From: a virus
Strand: one strand, 5' to 3'
IMG/VR virus record: IMGVR_UViG_3300034152_000478
Coordinates: 1-64,000 of that record
DNA: 64,000 nucleotides
Shown here: in pieces, positions 54,878-64,000 of the stretch
Layout: every line of letters starts with the position of its first letter
Position numbering within the stretch: position 1 is the stretch's first letter
Notes under the pieces: model-generated
Told to the model about the DNA's origin: nothing
The model's input: only the letters and a program-made list of their open reading frames with translations
Databases searched by the model: none
Translations under genes and position numbers: made by a program

Positions 54878-55438
54878 ATGAATCCTCCGGTTACACATTT
54901 TTCTCAATTCAGTATTACTGGACCAGATCCAAGTGGTGCCAGACATAATGCGTCTGCTTCTGGCTACCACAAAGAGCTGAATACCTCAACGGGCGGCGAG
55001 CTGTCGTTTGGTGTGCTGGATAATAGCAGCGGCGTCAATGTTACAACGCCCACTAAATGTGTGGTATGGGTTGTTGACCACCTGCAGGATGCCACTACAA
55101 AAGTCTTCGACATGAAGTTTTGGTTAAGTTCAACTACCGATTTCGTTGGCGAAGGGGCAACCTATAATGTTTATTTCAATCAGCATATGTCCAAAAAGTG
55201 GCTTGGAGAGATTCAGTTAACAGATACAAGTGGTACATATACTCCAGAGTCATTACCGGCTGGACAGAATCTATATCGCTACGATGGTGCGGCGGAAATC
55301 ACGGCTTCCGGAACAGATGACGCTGTTTCACAATACATCTATCTTGGTATTACTATTGATCCAGATACACCAGTAGGGGTTTATGGCGGTGCCGGTGCTA
55401 ATGCATTCCGTTACCGTGTGACGTATAAATACTTGTAG
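54878..55438 (+). CDS. tail tip protein (paralog group A)
   Basis: MKFW...NLYRYDG...YIYL...GVYGG...FRYR. Confidence 0.5.
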   Translation: MNPPVTHFSQFSITGPDPSGARHNASASGYHKELNTSTGGELSFGVLDNSSGVNVTTPTKCVVWVVDHLQDATTKVFDMKFWLSSTTDFVGEGATYNVYFNQHMSKKWLGEIQLTDTSGTYTPESLPAGQNLYRYDGAAEITASGTDDAVSQYIYLGITIDPDTPVGVYGGAGANAFRYRVTYKYL

Positions 55439-55446
55439 AGGGAACC

Positions 55447-57720
55447 ATGGCAGACTACGCAGGAAGAATTCTAAGCGCAATCGGGGCAGGCGACCCAAAC
55501 TTCTCCAAAGCCGGTGGAGGCTGGACGCCTGGCAACCCGCTGCTGATGCTTATAGGTCCCAGCGGCAATATCGCCCGAGCACCCACGCCAAGCGGTTTAG
55601 AATTTCAATTCTATACTGGCTCTATCAATGTGGAAGCCGACCATCATCTCTACAACACTTGGTCAATGATGGCCAGTCCTATTATCTCATGGGGCGGTAA
55701 CGAGCTTGTGTTTGCGCTGCGAAAAGATCATGGTACTTCTGATTTCATTAACCTGATCGCATTCTGCCCATATGGTGCCACTCCACGCTTAGGGAACATA
55801 AAGGATCTTCCGGGCAATAAGGCCGGTGGGGATGGTCAAGAACAGTTTGAAATTGCCTCTTATACATTTGGTGACGCAGATTGCATTGTTCAGGATGGTA
55901 GATATTATCGGAGACTGAACAAGTTGTGGGTTGGCTCTTACCATGATACGGCTGGGTTGGCTCACATTGGTGACAAATGTCATTACTTTTTTGGCACAGT
56001 TTCCTGGGCATCACAGTCCACAATTAATTATTATGCAGCATATCCGTACAACAGACAGCACATATATAAGCCAGCATACTATGAACTTGGGAGTGTGGTC
56101 GGCTCTGGTTATGCCCCCTTGACTGTCGGCATAAGTCACACACGAGCAACTGCTGGCAGTACGCAAACTTCTTATTGGGGTGGTGGGCCATACGAGTTGA
56201 ACTTTGATCTTGCCAAACTGGACCCTGACAGCCTTGATCTCGTCACACATCCAGTGTATCACAACGGACTGATATACATTGTCAAGGAACATATTATTGC
56301 TGCCACTATTCCGAATGTGCAGACAGGATTTGGTGCGTTGCCGCTGATGCGTGAAGGCGTATCTGACATACAAAACCCAGCTTCAAGTAAATACTCCACA
56401 CTAACATATTGGAGTGAAAGTGACACAACACCTTACGGCGCAAAATACAAATACCCAATCAAATGGAAAGATGGACGCATACTCTTCTTGCAGAACGATG
56501 GGAAAATCTTTGAGGAGGTTAACGGACAAATAGTACAAGTAGTCGACATTACACAAGTCATGACTACAACTTATTCATCCGGAATCTTTGGCGGGAAGAT
56601 GAATATCGGTGTCCCTAATACTGCGACCGGAGATCCAGGAGTAGACTCGTACAAGTGCTTTGGTGCTAAAATGGGCAATCGGCTTCATGTTTTCTTGAAT
56701 TATAATATCACCAGTGATGGCGCTTCTCGAACTGGTCTATTTTGGGCCACAACAGAAGATTTGTTGTCATTTACTGATCGCACCAACACACTGCCCAATA
56801 GTGGAATTGTACCACCATCTGGTTTGACCAGCACTCAGTATCTTGGCAGAATCAGTCCGTTCCAATTCTCTGGCTATGAGAATTTCCATGCTGTCTGGCC
56901 AGACGGTAGACCTTCGGGTACGACTGATTGTCGTCCTTCTGGCTGGAATCAAAAGGTGGGATTGAATACTCAGTGGTCTGGTTCTGGCATCTTCCACGAG
57001 AACGATTACTCACAAACACCCGACAATTGGGATGTCCCTATGCAGTATAGTACGATCACACATTATCTGGCACCAACATATACAGTGGAGCCAAGTGGTT
57101 TTACGCAAGGGCTGGTTCCAACTGGAGTAGCATTCCAGGGGTATCGTTGGCAGGGTGTGAATGGCTGGCACGTACACGGTTGGACAGAGGAAGATGAAAG
57201 CAAAATACATCTCATATTTACTCCAGAATCATGGACTGCTGCCAATATGCGTTCTTCTGGTGTTTACAATCAGAATCTCTACTATGTGCTTCATTCAAGT
57301 CTGCAATGGGAATACAAAAACCAGTTTATGTCCAAACGTATTGCTTGGGTAGAGCCGACAGAAATGCACGAGCCATCTATCTTGCTGCCGTCAGGCAGTG
57401 TGAACAGAGCTTATCCATTTGAAGACCGTATCAAAAAGGTTGTCTTCCAGCCCTTCAGGATTTATGATTGGCCTCGCTTTAAGAATGTTGATATACAAGT
57501 ACAATACAGCACGGACCAGGGAACGAGCTGGCACAATGCCACAAGAAACGCCACACATTCTGACAGTCTGACAAATGTGGACACGGGTTCACTTGCGGCA
57601 GACCCTTCGGGCATCATGGGCAAAGAGTATATGTTTGCATGGGATTATCCAACTGACGTTGGCAACAATACCACCGTGCAATGGGTCCAGTTTAGATTCA
57701 GAGCCACGGGGGCGGATTAA
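55447..57720 (+). CDS. tail tip/receptor-binding-like protein
   Basis: 757 aa beta-rich; YSTDQGTSW (Asp-box-like). Confidence 0.55.
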   Translation: MADYAGRILSAIGAGDPNFSKAGGGWTPGNPLLMLIGPSGNIARAPTPSGLEFQFYTGSINVEADHHLYNTWSMMASPIISWGGNELVFALRKDHGTSDFINLIAFCPYGATPRLGNIKDLPGNKAGGDGQEQFEIASYTFGDADCIVQDGRYYRRLNKLWVGSYHDTAGLAHIGDKCHYFFGTVSWASQSTINYYAAYPYNRQHIYKPAYYELGSVVGSGYAPLTVGISHTRATAGSTQTSYWGGGPYELNFDLAKLDPDSLDLVTHPVYHNGLIYIVKEHIIAATIPNVQTGFGALPLMREGVSDIQNPASSKYSTLTYWSESDTTPYGAKYKYPIKWKDGRILFLQNDGKIFEEVNGQIVQVVDITQVMTTTYSSGIFGGKMNIGVPNTATGDPGVDSYKCFGAKMGNRLHVFLNYNITSDGASRTGLFWATTEDLLSFTDRTNTLPNSGIVPPSGLTSTQYLGRISPFQFSGYENFHAVWPDGRPSGTTDCRPSGWNQKVGLNTQWSGSGIFHENDYSQTPDNWDVPMQYSTITHYLAPTYTVEPSGFTQGLVPTGVAFQGYRWQGVNGWHVHGWTEEDESKIHLIFTPESWTAANMRSSGVYNQNLYYVLHSSLQWEYKNQFMSKRIAWVEPTEMHEPSILLPSGSVNRAYPFEDRIKKVVFQPFRIYDWPRFKNVDIQVQYSTDQGTSWHNATRNATHSDSLTNVDTGSLAADPSGIMGKEYMFAWDYPTDVGNNTTVQWVQFRFRATGAD

Positions 57721-59573
57721 TGATCAAGTTCGCATATAAAGGCAATGACAAAATCCTGATTCTGCAGGGTAAGGTGCTCCGTGCTCTTGATTGCTGGGTA
57801 AGAAAGTACTCTGAGAAACATACTCCGCCAAGCTTTCTTCAGGGGCAATGGTGGCATGGCGCTGGTGAGTATGGTGAAGCGCCAGAAGATTACAGATTTC
57901 TTGCCGGTTTGAATGGAGCCGGGCTGATGTCTTCGCCACCTGGCGCTTATTTGAATAGCAAATCTGCGTGTATTGTGCGAGATAAGCTTTACACAGTACA
58001 TACTGATAATCAGACTATTAGTCCTATTAGCCCCACAACACATTTGTGGCCAAATCATCCGAGGATACTCGAATGGGATGGGTTGTCTGATAATGTACAA
58101 AAAGCGCCCGATACCAGTGGCATCCAGTCTACACCAAGTGGTCAAGGTGCGAGGATCATTTTTGGATATACCAACAAAGGAGGCTGGGAGCAAGAGAAAA
58201 GCGTGGTTCGTCGTGGTGCTGATCCTGCGTTGCTGGAATATAATGGCAATGTACTGATTATTGGTCTTGGTCGTGGTGTTGATGTTAACGCTTTGAGCAC
58301 AGAGGGTGATGAAGCCATTTCAGTTATCGGACCTACACCTACTGCTTTTGGCGGCTATTATTATGTAATGCTTTTCAATCCTATGGAAAATGGCGGAAGC
58401 GGTCTGCTGCACTTTCAACCTTCTGGAATGAATGCAGAAGTACCAACATGGATTGATGATGCAGGTTTAGACAACACAAGAGCATTTAAGGATACTCCGT
58501 TTCTAAACTACAATATGACAGATGCTATCCAACATGAAGGAAGAGTGTATGTAGCAAACGCCTGCGATGTGATTTGCTGGTCTGGCAGTGGCATTCAGTA
58601 TGATTTGACAGAACCGCTGTTCGAAGTTTTTTATCGCACTGATCAAAATTTCAATCGGCCAACGCCGAAATGGTTCACGAAGTTCGAGGGCGATCTGTAC
58701 ATGTACGAAGCAAGCGGTGTGCTATCTCGTATTACACCACGCAGTGGAACTACAGCACCAACAAAACAGAACGTGGTGAACTTTTCGTATCTCGGCAGTA
58801 TGCATGGCGGAGGCATACACGCAAGAGAACACACAATAGAACGTGCCACCAAGGCAACACTGTTTCCGTATAAGGATAAGCTGCATGTTATTATGGGGGG
58901 AGGTTCTGGAACCTTCCATGTGCATTCAGAGGATGCCTCGGTATGGACCAATGCGAGTAGCGGTCTACCAACAATCATGCGAAATAGCCAAGGTAACGTT
59001 TATCACTATCATGATGAAGCTAACGATTACATTTATGTACTCTATGTCCAAATGTGTCAGGGGGGTGTGCTCGGTGTTACTACAATGGGAACGGATGTCG
59101 CTAATGTTGCTCACCTGTATAGATTTGATGGCGCTACATGGACCACTATTGGCTGGTATCCTATGCCGATGATGGGCGGAGCCGGTGGTTTCATTGGGTA
59201 TGATCCGACTGGGCCACAGATTCACTATCCTTCTGGTGCTGAATTCTACAATCAGGAAGGTGTGACCAACGCACCGGAAATCTGGAAGTGCAAAGACTAC
59301 GCAATTGTCGACTATTATCTGTTTGACAAAGAAAGCAGAAAGTACGATGTAGCAATTGAATATTCAACTGATGATGGAGAGACTTGGGCTGCTTGTAGTC
59401 AGAAAAAAGATTACGGGACCCAACAACTGCTTGGAGAAGGGAAAGTCGGACTGACATCTGCCCCATCTGGCCTCAAGCATAGCTTCTACTGGGATTTCGT
59501 GAACGCTTTAGGCTACAATGTAGAATATGAACACATGCGAATTAGGATAACACCTACTCTTGGAGTGCAATAA
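57720..59573 (+). CDS. tail tip protein
   Basis: 617 aa; C-terminal domain similar to 55447..57720 (YSTDDGETW...PSG...F.WD). Confidence 0.55.
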   Translation: MIKFAYKGNDKILILQGKVLRALDCWVRKYSEKHTPPSFLQGQWWHGAGEYGEAPEDYRFLAGLNGAGLMSSPPGAYLNSKSACIVRDKLYTVHTDNQTISPISPTTHLWPNHPRILEWDGLSDNVQKAPDTSGIQSTPSGQGARIIFGYTNKGGWEQEKSVVRRGADPALLEYNGNVLIIGLGRGVDVNALSTEGDEAISVIGPTPTAFGGYYYVMLFNPMENGGSGLLHFQPSGMNAEVPTWIDDAGLDNTRAFKDTPFLNYNMTDAIQHEGRVYVANACDVICWSGSGIQYDLTEPLFEVFYRTDQNFNRPTPKWFTKFEGDLYMYEASGVLSRITPRSGTTAPTKQNVVNFSYLGSMHGGGIHAREHTIERATKATLFPYKDKLHVIMGGGSGTFHVHSEDASVWTNASSGLPTIMRNSQGNVYHYHDEANDYIYVLYVQMCQGGVLGVTTMGTDVANVAHLYRFDGATWTTIGWYPMPMMGGAGGFIGYDPTGPQIHYPSGAEFYNQEGVTNAPEIWKCKDYAIVDYYLFDKESRKYDVAIEYSTDDGETWAACSQKKDYGTQQLLGEGKVGLTSAPSGLKHSFYWDFVNALGYNVEYEHMRIRITPTLGVQ

Positions 59574-60262
59574 TGAGTAGAACAGGAATGTGGCGCTATA
59601 CGCTGCCAGCCACTTTGAAAGTCACAGGGAGCGCTCCGTTTGAGACGCGGACATTTGCGCTGCCTCGCGTTTATGTGACTCCAGAGCTTTACTGGTGGGA
59701 CTTAACCAAGGGTGATCCCTCTGGGTCGCGTCACGTGCAAACACATCCAGCCTTTAAGGGTGTCGTTGGCAGTGGTATGGGCGAGTTGTTCCCAGGTCTT
59801 ACTATCTTTGATTTCAACGATGTAGATATTAGTACTGGTAGTGGTGTAAGCGATACGCGCTGTATGACATTTCGCATAGCAGACCAGGAGTGTTGGCAGA
59901 CACGAGTCACTCACATGAAGGTTTGGGTCAGTGATGATAGCGATTTTCTTGTAAAAGATTATCGTGTGCTATATCATCATAGTCAAACTTGGCAGTCGGG
60001 ATATCAATTCCAATTTGGAGACATTTTTGATCCAAACAAAGTGTTGGCTACTGGCGTGCCAGAGTTGCAGAATCTGTATCGACAAGATGGGGGTTTGACA
60101 ATTCATGCGTCCGGCGATGCTGATGTTTCCGAGTATATGTATTTGGCTTTAGCCTGTAGCGGAACGGTGCTACCCGGACAATATGGTGGCCTACCAAGCC
60201 CCAGTGGATTCAGGCTGCGTGTGACTTTTTCTATGGATAATATATATCCGCTTTTCGATTAA
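59573..60262 (+). CDS. tail tip protein (paralog group A)
   Basis: MKVW...NLYRQDG...YMYL...GQYGG...FRLR. Confidence 0.5.
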   Translation: MSRTGMWRYTLPATLKVTGSAPFETRTFALPRVYVTPELYWWDLTKGDPSGSRHVQTHPAFKGVVGSGMGELFPGLTIFDFNDVDISTGSGVSDTRCMTFRIADQECWQTRVTHMKVWVSDDSDFLVKDYRVLYHHSQTWQSGYQFQFGDIFDPNKVLATGVPELQNLYRQDGGLTIHASGDADVSEYMYLALACSGTVLPGQYGGLPSPSGFRLRVTFSMDNIYPLFD

Positions 60263-60272
60263 GGAGTAAAGA

Positions 60273-60959
60273 ATGGCGGGCTCAGGACAGGTAGGCATCT
60301 ACAGCGATCAAGTAATCGGCCGATTAAGACCGAAGATAGTCTGTGTCCAATACAGACCAGACTTGCTTCATGGCCCCAGCGGCTGGAATCTGCTACTATG
60401 GGAGAACCACTATGACATAGAGCAGCTTGCTGGCACCTGTGAGGCCATTTCGATTGAGCCCTCTGGATATCTCAACTTTGGATCTGGCTCTACACCATTC
60501 ACGGCACCATGGACATCGCGTACTATCGCTTTCATTTTCATGCCGAAGAATGATTACGATCACCCTTCTGTTTCTGGTGGTTTTAATATCTTCAACATGA
60601 AGCTGTGGATAGAGAATGATAGCGCGTTCAACGGACTACCAGGGCAGCCGTATATTCAGATGTTGCCAAGTGGAGTCTGGGTAAGGAACCTGAATCTTGG
60701 AAGTGGACAATATGGAGCCTATGAAGTTCCACGGTCTGTGCCAGAAAACCCGAATGTCTTTAGAGCCGATGGTCAAGCGTGGATGAGCGGCGTCGGTCAG
60801 CAACAACGAACACAGATCATTTATGCCTCTATCGTTTTCCCATCTGGGGAATATCCGGTTGGACAATACGGTGGATTGGGATTGGGAACGTTTAGATGGA
60901 GGTTCACATACGACTGGACTGATCAGTATGCACGGTTGCAGTTGCCAGAGGACTATTAA
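60273..60959 (+). CDS. tail tip protein (paralog group A)
   Basis: MKLW...NVFRADG...GQYGG...FRWR. Confidence 0.5.
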   Translation: MAGSGQVGIYSDQVIGRLRPKIVCVQYRPDLLHGPSGWNLLLWENHYDIEQLAGTCEAISIEPSGYLNFGSGSTPFTAPWTSRTIAFIFMPKNDYDHPSVSGGFNIFNMKLWIENDSAFNGLPGQPYIQMLPSGVWVRNLNLGSGQYGAYEVPRSVPENPNVFRADGQAWMSGVGQQQRTQIIYASIVFPSGEYPVGQYGGLGLGTFRWRFTYDWTDQYARLQLPEDY

Positions 60960-60969
60960 GGAGGAATGT

Positions 60970-61419
60970 ATGCAACCCAAGCTAAAAAGGTGGATAGAAA
61001 ACCACGAAGGTAAACAATACCTGAAGCTGCGTGTTTTTTGCACCCTGGAGCAGAAAGAGTTAACTTTCGATATGCAGCTCCCAGAAGGCACAGAACCGTT
61101 CATGTGCTGGACTGCGACTACGGGTATGGTTGAAGCTATCGGCAACATGACGAGCCCTACAGAGGCCGTAGGATACGCGTTTAGCAATCCTCAGTATAAA
61201 TTCACGGTCAAGAATCCCAAAGGCTACAAAAAGGGCGATCGAGTTATTATCACTGAGCACTTGACGCTGGATCAGGAAGATGAATATCTTGTAACCCAGC
61301 ACAACATTGGGCATGGAGATATCAACTTTGTAAATCTTGGATACACCAGAAACGGCGAGCACATCATCAGATTGACGGTGGATTTGATAACTGGTGAACA
61401 TCAATGGCAAGCGGAATAA
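60970..61419 (+). CDS. hypothetical protein
   Basis: Probable start MQPK at 60970 after AGGAGG. Confidence 0.6.
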   Translation: MQPKLKRWIENHEGKQYLKLRVFCTLEQKELTFDMQLPEGTEPFMCWTATTGMVEAIGNMTSPTEAVGYAFSNPQYKFTVKNPKGYKKGDRVIITEHLTLDQEDEYLVTQHNIGHGDINFVNLGYTRNGEHIIRLTVDLITGEHQWQAE

Positions 61420-62330
61420 ACAGTGAATTTGGTGGCATTACAAGAAGCATAGGACGAGGGTCTGCCAGTGGCTTAGTGGGCGGCTATGCATTCGGTGCTA
61501 TTTGGACAAGTGGAGCTTTCGGCGGCTTTGCTATTGCCAGCTATAGCGATACCACATTCACGATTACTGAGGCGGGCGCTCGTGGATTAATCAAGGCGCA
61601 TAGTGATTCTGTGCATCGCCAAGCCTTCAAAACTGATGCTGAATTCTTCTTTTATGCCTATGGCACAACTGAGTTCGATGCGCAGCTTACCGTGGAAGAA
61701 AAATTCCGCAGTGAGTTTGATGCCATGCTCTCTACTACTAAAGTTCGCCGTAATCCCTATGTCACTTTTGTAAGCGCACCTACAACAAGCGGGCATATTC
61801 CACGCACTGTTACAGTAACAGCCTCTGGGTTCGCATACGATAAAGAAGGACAAGTAATAGATAGCGGCATCCATTATGTCGCCTTTGTGTGGGGAGATAA
61901 TGACTACACGGTAATTCCTACTCCAAGAGCAAGCGGATCTGTGTGGTCAGCCACACACACATACACAGCCAGCGGCTTATATCGTCCGATCGTGATTGTA
62001 CATGACAAATTTGGACGGACTGGCTCTGACTACACGAAAATTACTGCTATGTCAGGAGATATTGGTGTTCCATACATTTCACTAAGTGGAATTCCACGTT
62101 TTGGCACCACTCCTCCTCCTTTAGCGGTAGATTTTGGCGTTCAAGTATCTGGCGTTGACGGAGCATATACAATATTCTGGGATTATGGCAATGGAGTCAC
62201 CTACTACAATCAGGCACTAAATCAAAGCACACAATATGCGCTGCCAGGTGACTATATCCCCTACGTCAGAATACGTGACCAAAGACAGATCAACGTTTGC
62301 GATACATTGCGAGTAGGATTTAATAAGTAA
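61404..62330 (+). CDS. PKD-domain virion protein
   Basis: WGD...HTY..SG.Y and WDYGNG...Y..PG.Y PKD motifs. Confidence 0.7.
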   Translation: MASGINSEFGGITRSIGRGSASGLVGGYAFGAIWTSGAFGGFAIASYSDTTFTITEAGARGLIKAHSDSVHRQAFKTDAEFFFYAYGTTEFDAQLTVEEKFRSEFDAMLSTTKVRRNPYVTFVSAPTTSGHIPRTVTVTASGFAYDKEGQVIDSGIHYVAFVWGDNDYTVIPTPRASGSVWSATHTYTASGLYRPIVIVHDKFGRTGSDYTKITAMSGDIGVPYISLSGIPRFGTTPPPLAVDFGVQVSGVDGAYTIFWDYGNGVTYYNQALNQSTQYALPGDYIPYVRIRDQRQINVCDTLRVGFNK

Positions 62331-64000
62331 TGAGTTGGTGGGACACAAGGTGGGCGGCCAGACACGCCATTCACACACGAACAGACGGTGACGCCTATAG
62401 CTCTGGTGTTCACTTTCTGCATGTAGATTGTGACTTGGATGGTCTTGTTTCAAACGGCCTGCTGCGTGCTGACTATAAAGACCTGCGTGTTGTCTATCAA
62501 AGTGGCACAACCGTTTCCATAAATTCTCCTTACTTTATAGCCTCTGGTCGCAGTCCGCATCGCATATTCTTTCCAGCCCACAATGAGATTCCAAGAGGGG
62601 TAGACATTGGTGGACATGGCTCAGGTTGGGGTTATTATCTGTATTTTGGATATGATGATGGCAACACATCTGGTCTACCTCCTGAGTATGTGAATCGTAA
62701 TTTCCCACAAGCTCCATATAGTGCAACTACCACCTGGTATAAGCCAACCGGAGCTACTTCTGGATATCGCGACAAATTCCTATACCGCCTCAATGATGAT
62801 CCATCTATAGGAAGTCCAAGTGGTTTTGAAGATGCTACAGGATTCACGAGCGGTCTGGCAGTTTACGACACTGGGAACACAAGCGGGGTGATTAAGGGGC
62901 AACCAGGGAGATTGGATCTTTCTACTGAAATTGAACGATCACAACGCTGCTCAATTCTTGCGATTGACGGCAATGATGGCACCACAGTGCCAAGTGGTGA
63001 TTGGTGTATTGATTTTTGGGTTTATCCATATGCCACTGCTGGTACCAGCTACTGGTTTGTTAAGAAGGATAATACAAATAGTACCACTACCTTTGCCTGG
63101 CCGATAAAAGCCCGAATGATTTATGATGCTACAGATGATGGATTCAATAGTTATTGCACCCAAAAAAGAACGGCATTTTCTGACACCTATAATCAATACG
63201 ACAAGACATCTACTGCTGGTATCGCTGAGAATGAATGGTCTCATTTGCGATTCTATCTTGGTAAGAAATACTACAATGCATGGTCTTGTTTGTTTTGCTA
63301 TCATAACGGCCAACGAAAAGGTATAACAGGCAATTGTGGACCGCCACCTGAACCTTATAAAACACAAATGGAAAGCGGCCATTGTTGTATTGGGGGGCCA
63401 GTTTATGGATTCTCTGCCGAAATTGATGGTAGACTTGAGCAATTCCGATATTCAACTTATCCATGGTTTGCACAAGAAAATTTCAATGAACAAAACAGCA
63501 ATAGCAGATTCTGTCCTCCAGATTGGGTCGACAACGAATATACCACCTACTTGAGTAACATCCAATTGTACGAGCCGACTGCTTCTGGTTCATTCGGTGG
63601 ATGTACATCGGCCACTACCGCATTCGTGACAGTCAGCGGCATCTTTGGCGGCTACATGTTTGGCGGAGTTCTGGGCTATGGAGAATTTGGTGGTTTTGCT
63701 TTTGCACGCCTTGCGATTACCTCTTACTTCGGAGGCTATACTCAGGTAGCCCGTGGAACTGTCAGAGCAGATTTTGGTGGCTTTGTTTTGGGTTTTGCTC
63801 CTGGTGGTGGCACTTGTGTTTTCGGTGCGGTGACCAGCGGAATAGGCACTTTTGTTGATTTTGGCTTGGGAGGATTCGCAAACGCACAAGAGCGCACATG
63901 GAAAAGTGATACTATGGGCTCTAACACTCTCTCATATGCTGGTGATACGCAAGAAGCATTCCGTGGATATGTGATAGGAACATGGACCAGCCCAGATACA
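62330..64000 (+). CDS. DUF2341/LamG-like tail protein, truncated by the window end
   Basis: ATG at 62330 (MSWWDTRWAAR...DYKDLRVV...YYLYFG); later WCIDFWVYP, NEWSH, IDGRLEQFR; appears open to the window end, so absent from the ORF track. Confidence 0.7.
   Translation, partial: MSWWDTRWAARHAIHTRTDGDAYSSGVHFLHVDCDLDGLVSNGLLRADYKDLRVVYQSGTTVSINSPYFIASGRSPHRIFFPAHNEIPRGVDIGGHGSGWGYYLYFGYDDGNTSGLPPEYVNRNFPQAPYSATTTWYKPTGATSGYRDKFLYRLNDDPSIGSPSGFEDATGFTSGLAVYDTGNTSGVIKGQPGRLDLSTEIERSQRCSILAIDGNDGTTVPSGDWCIDFWVYPYATAGTSYWFVKKDNTNSTTTFAWPIKARMIYDATDDGFNSYCTQKRTAFSDTYNQYDKTSTAGIAENEWSHLRFYLGKKYYNAWSCLFCYHNGQRKGITGNCGPPPEPYKTQMESGHCCIGGPVYGFSAEIDGRLEQFRYSTYPWFAQENFNEQNSNSRFCPPDWVDNEYTTYLSNIQLYEPTASGSFGGCTSATTAFVTVSGIFGGYMFGGVLGYGEFGGFAFARLAITSYFGGYTQVARGTVRADFGGFVLGFAPGGGTCVFGAVTSGIGTFVDFGLGGFANAQERTWKSDTMGSNTLSYAGDTQEAFRGYVIGTWTSPDT

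Larger units (their letters stand above)
1..64000. mobile_element. Segment of a large tailed dsDNA bacteriophage genome (probably siphovirus-like, long tail)
   Basis: Terminase-portal-protease/scaffold-capsid-neck-tail tube-2220 aa tape measure gene order; tRNA cluster with homing endonucleases; many small hypothetical ORFs; no recognisable tail sheath gene. Confidence 0.95.

Noticed and set aside
1-64000. Stop-codon reassignment (recoded phage)
   Set aside because: Long genes are intact under the standard code; TAA, TAG and TGA all end genes; no suppressor tRNA was seen.
24458-64000. Many antisense and alternate-frame ORFs in the ORF track
   Set aside because: They are shadows of long + strand genes, without RBS or motifs.

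Overview
This window is a 64 kb slice of a large tailed dsDNA phage genome, probably with a long non-contractile tail. It uses the standard genetic code, and the host cannot be identified from the sequence alone. Positions 1-12.3 kb form a translation/RNA accessory region. It holds the 5' part of a tmRNA, 14 tRNA or tRNA-like genes (several non-canonical), three homing endonucleases, an Rnl2-type RNA ligase, a radical SAM enzyme, two orphan antitoxin-like proteins and a saccharopine-dehydrogenase-like enzyme. The standout system lies at 12.3-15.5 kb: a small HTH gene and a Ro60/TROVE (Rsr-like) gene followed by about 1.2 kb of ORF-free DNA that resolves into ten tandem Y-RNA-like units. The units share one covarying scaffold: closing stem, ATGC, upper stem, ACAT, then cargo, then the return strand, a CTTG-type motif (absent in unit 9) and the closing strand. 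Each carries a different cargo, including isolated anticodon-loop mimics, a lone T-arm, a full cloverleaf whose anticodon loop is replaced by a GAAA tetraloop, two circularly permuted YrlA-like tRNA domains and unrelated structured domains. Positions 15.5-24.5 kb encode RNase HI, a DNA methyltransferase, GDP-mannose 4,6-dehydratase, a class II ribonucleotide reductase with a fused degenerate LAGLIDADG-like domain, a sigma-like factor and an ERCC4 nuclease. Positions 24.5-64 kb are the morphogenesis module (terminase, portal, protease/scaffold, capsid, fibre-like proteins, neck, tail tube, tape measure, tail tip). All calls were made by eye from motifs and base pairing; no searches were run.
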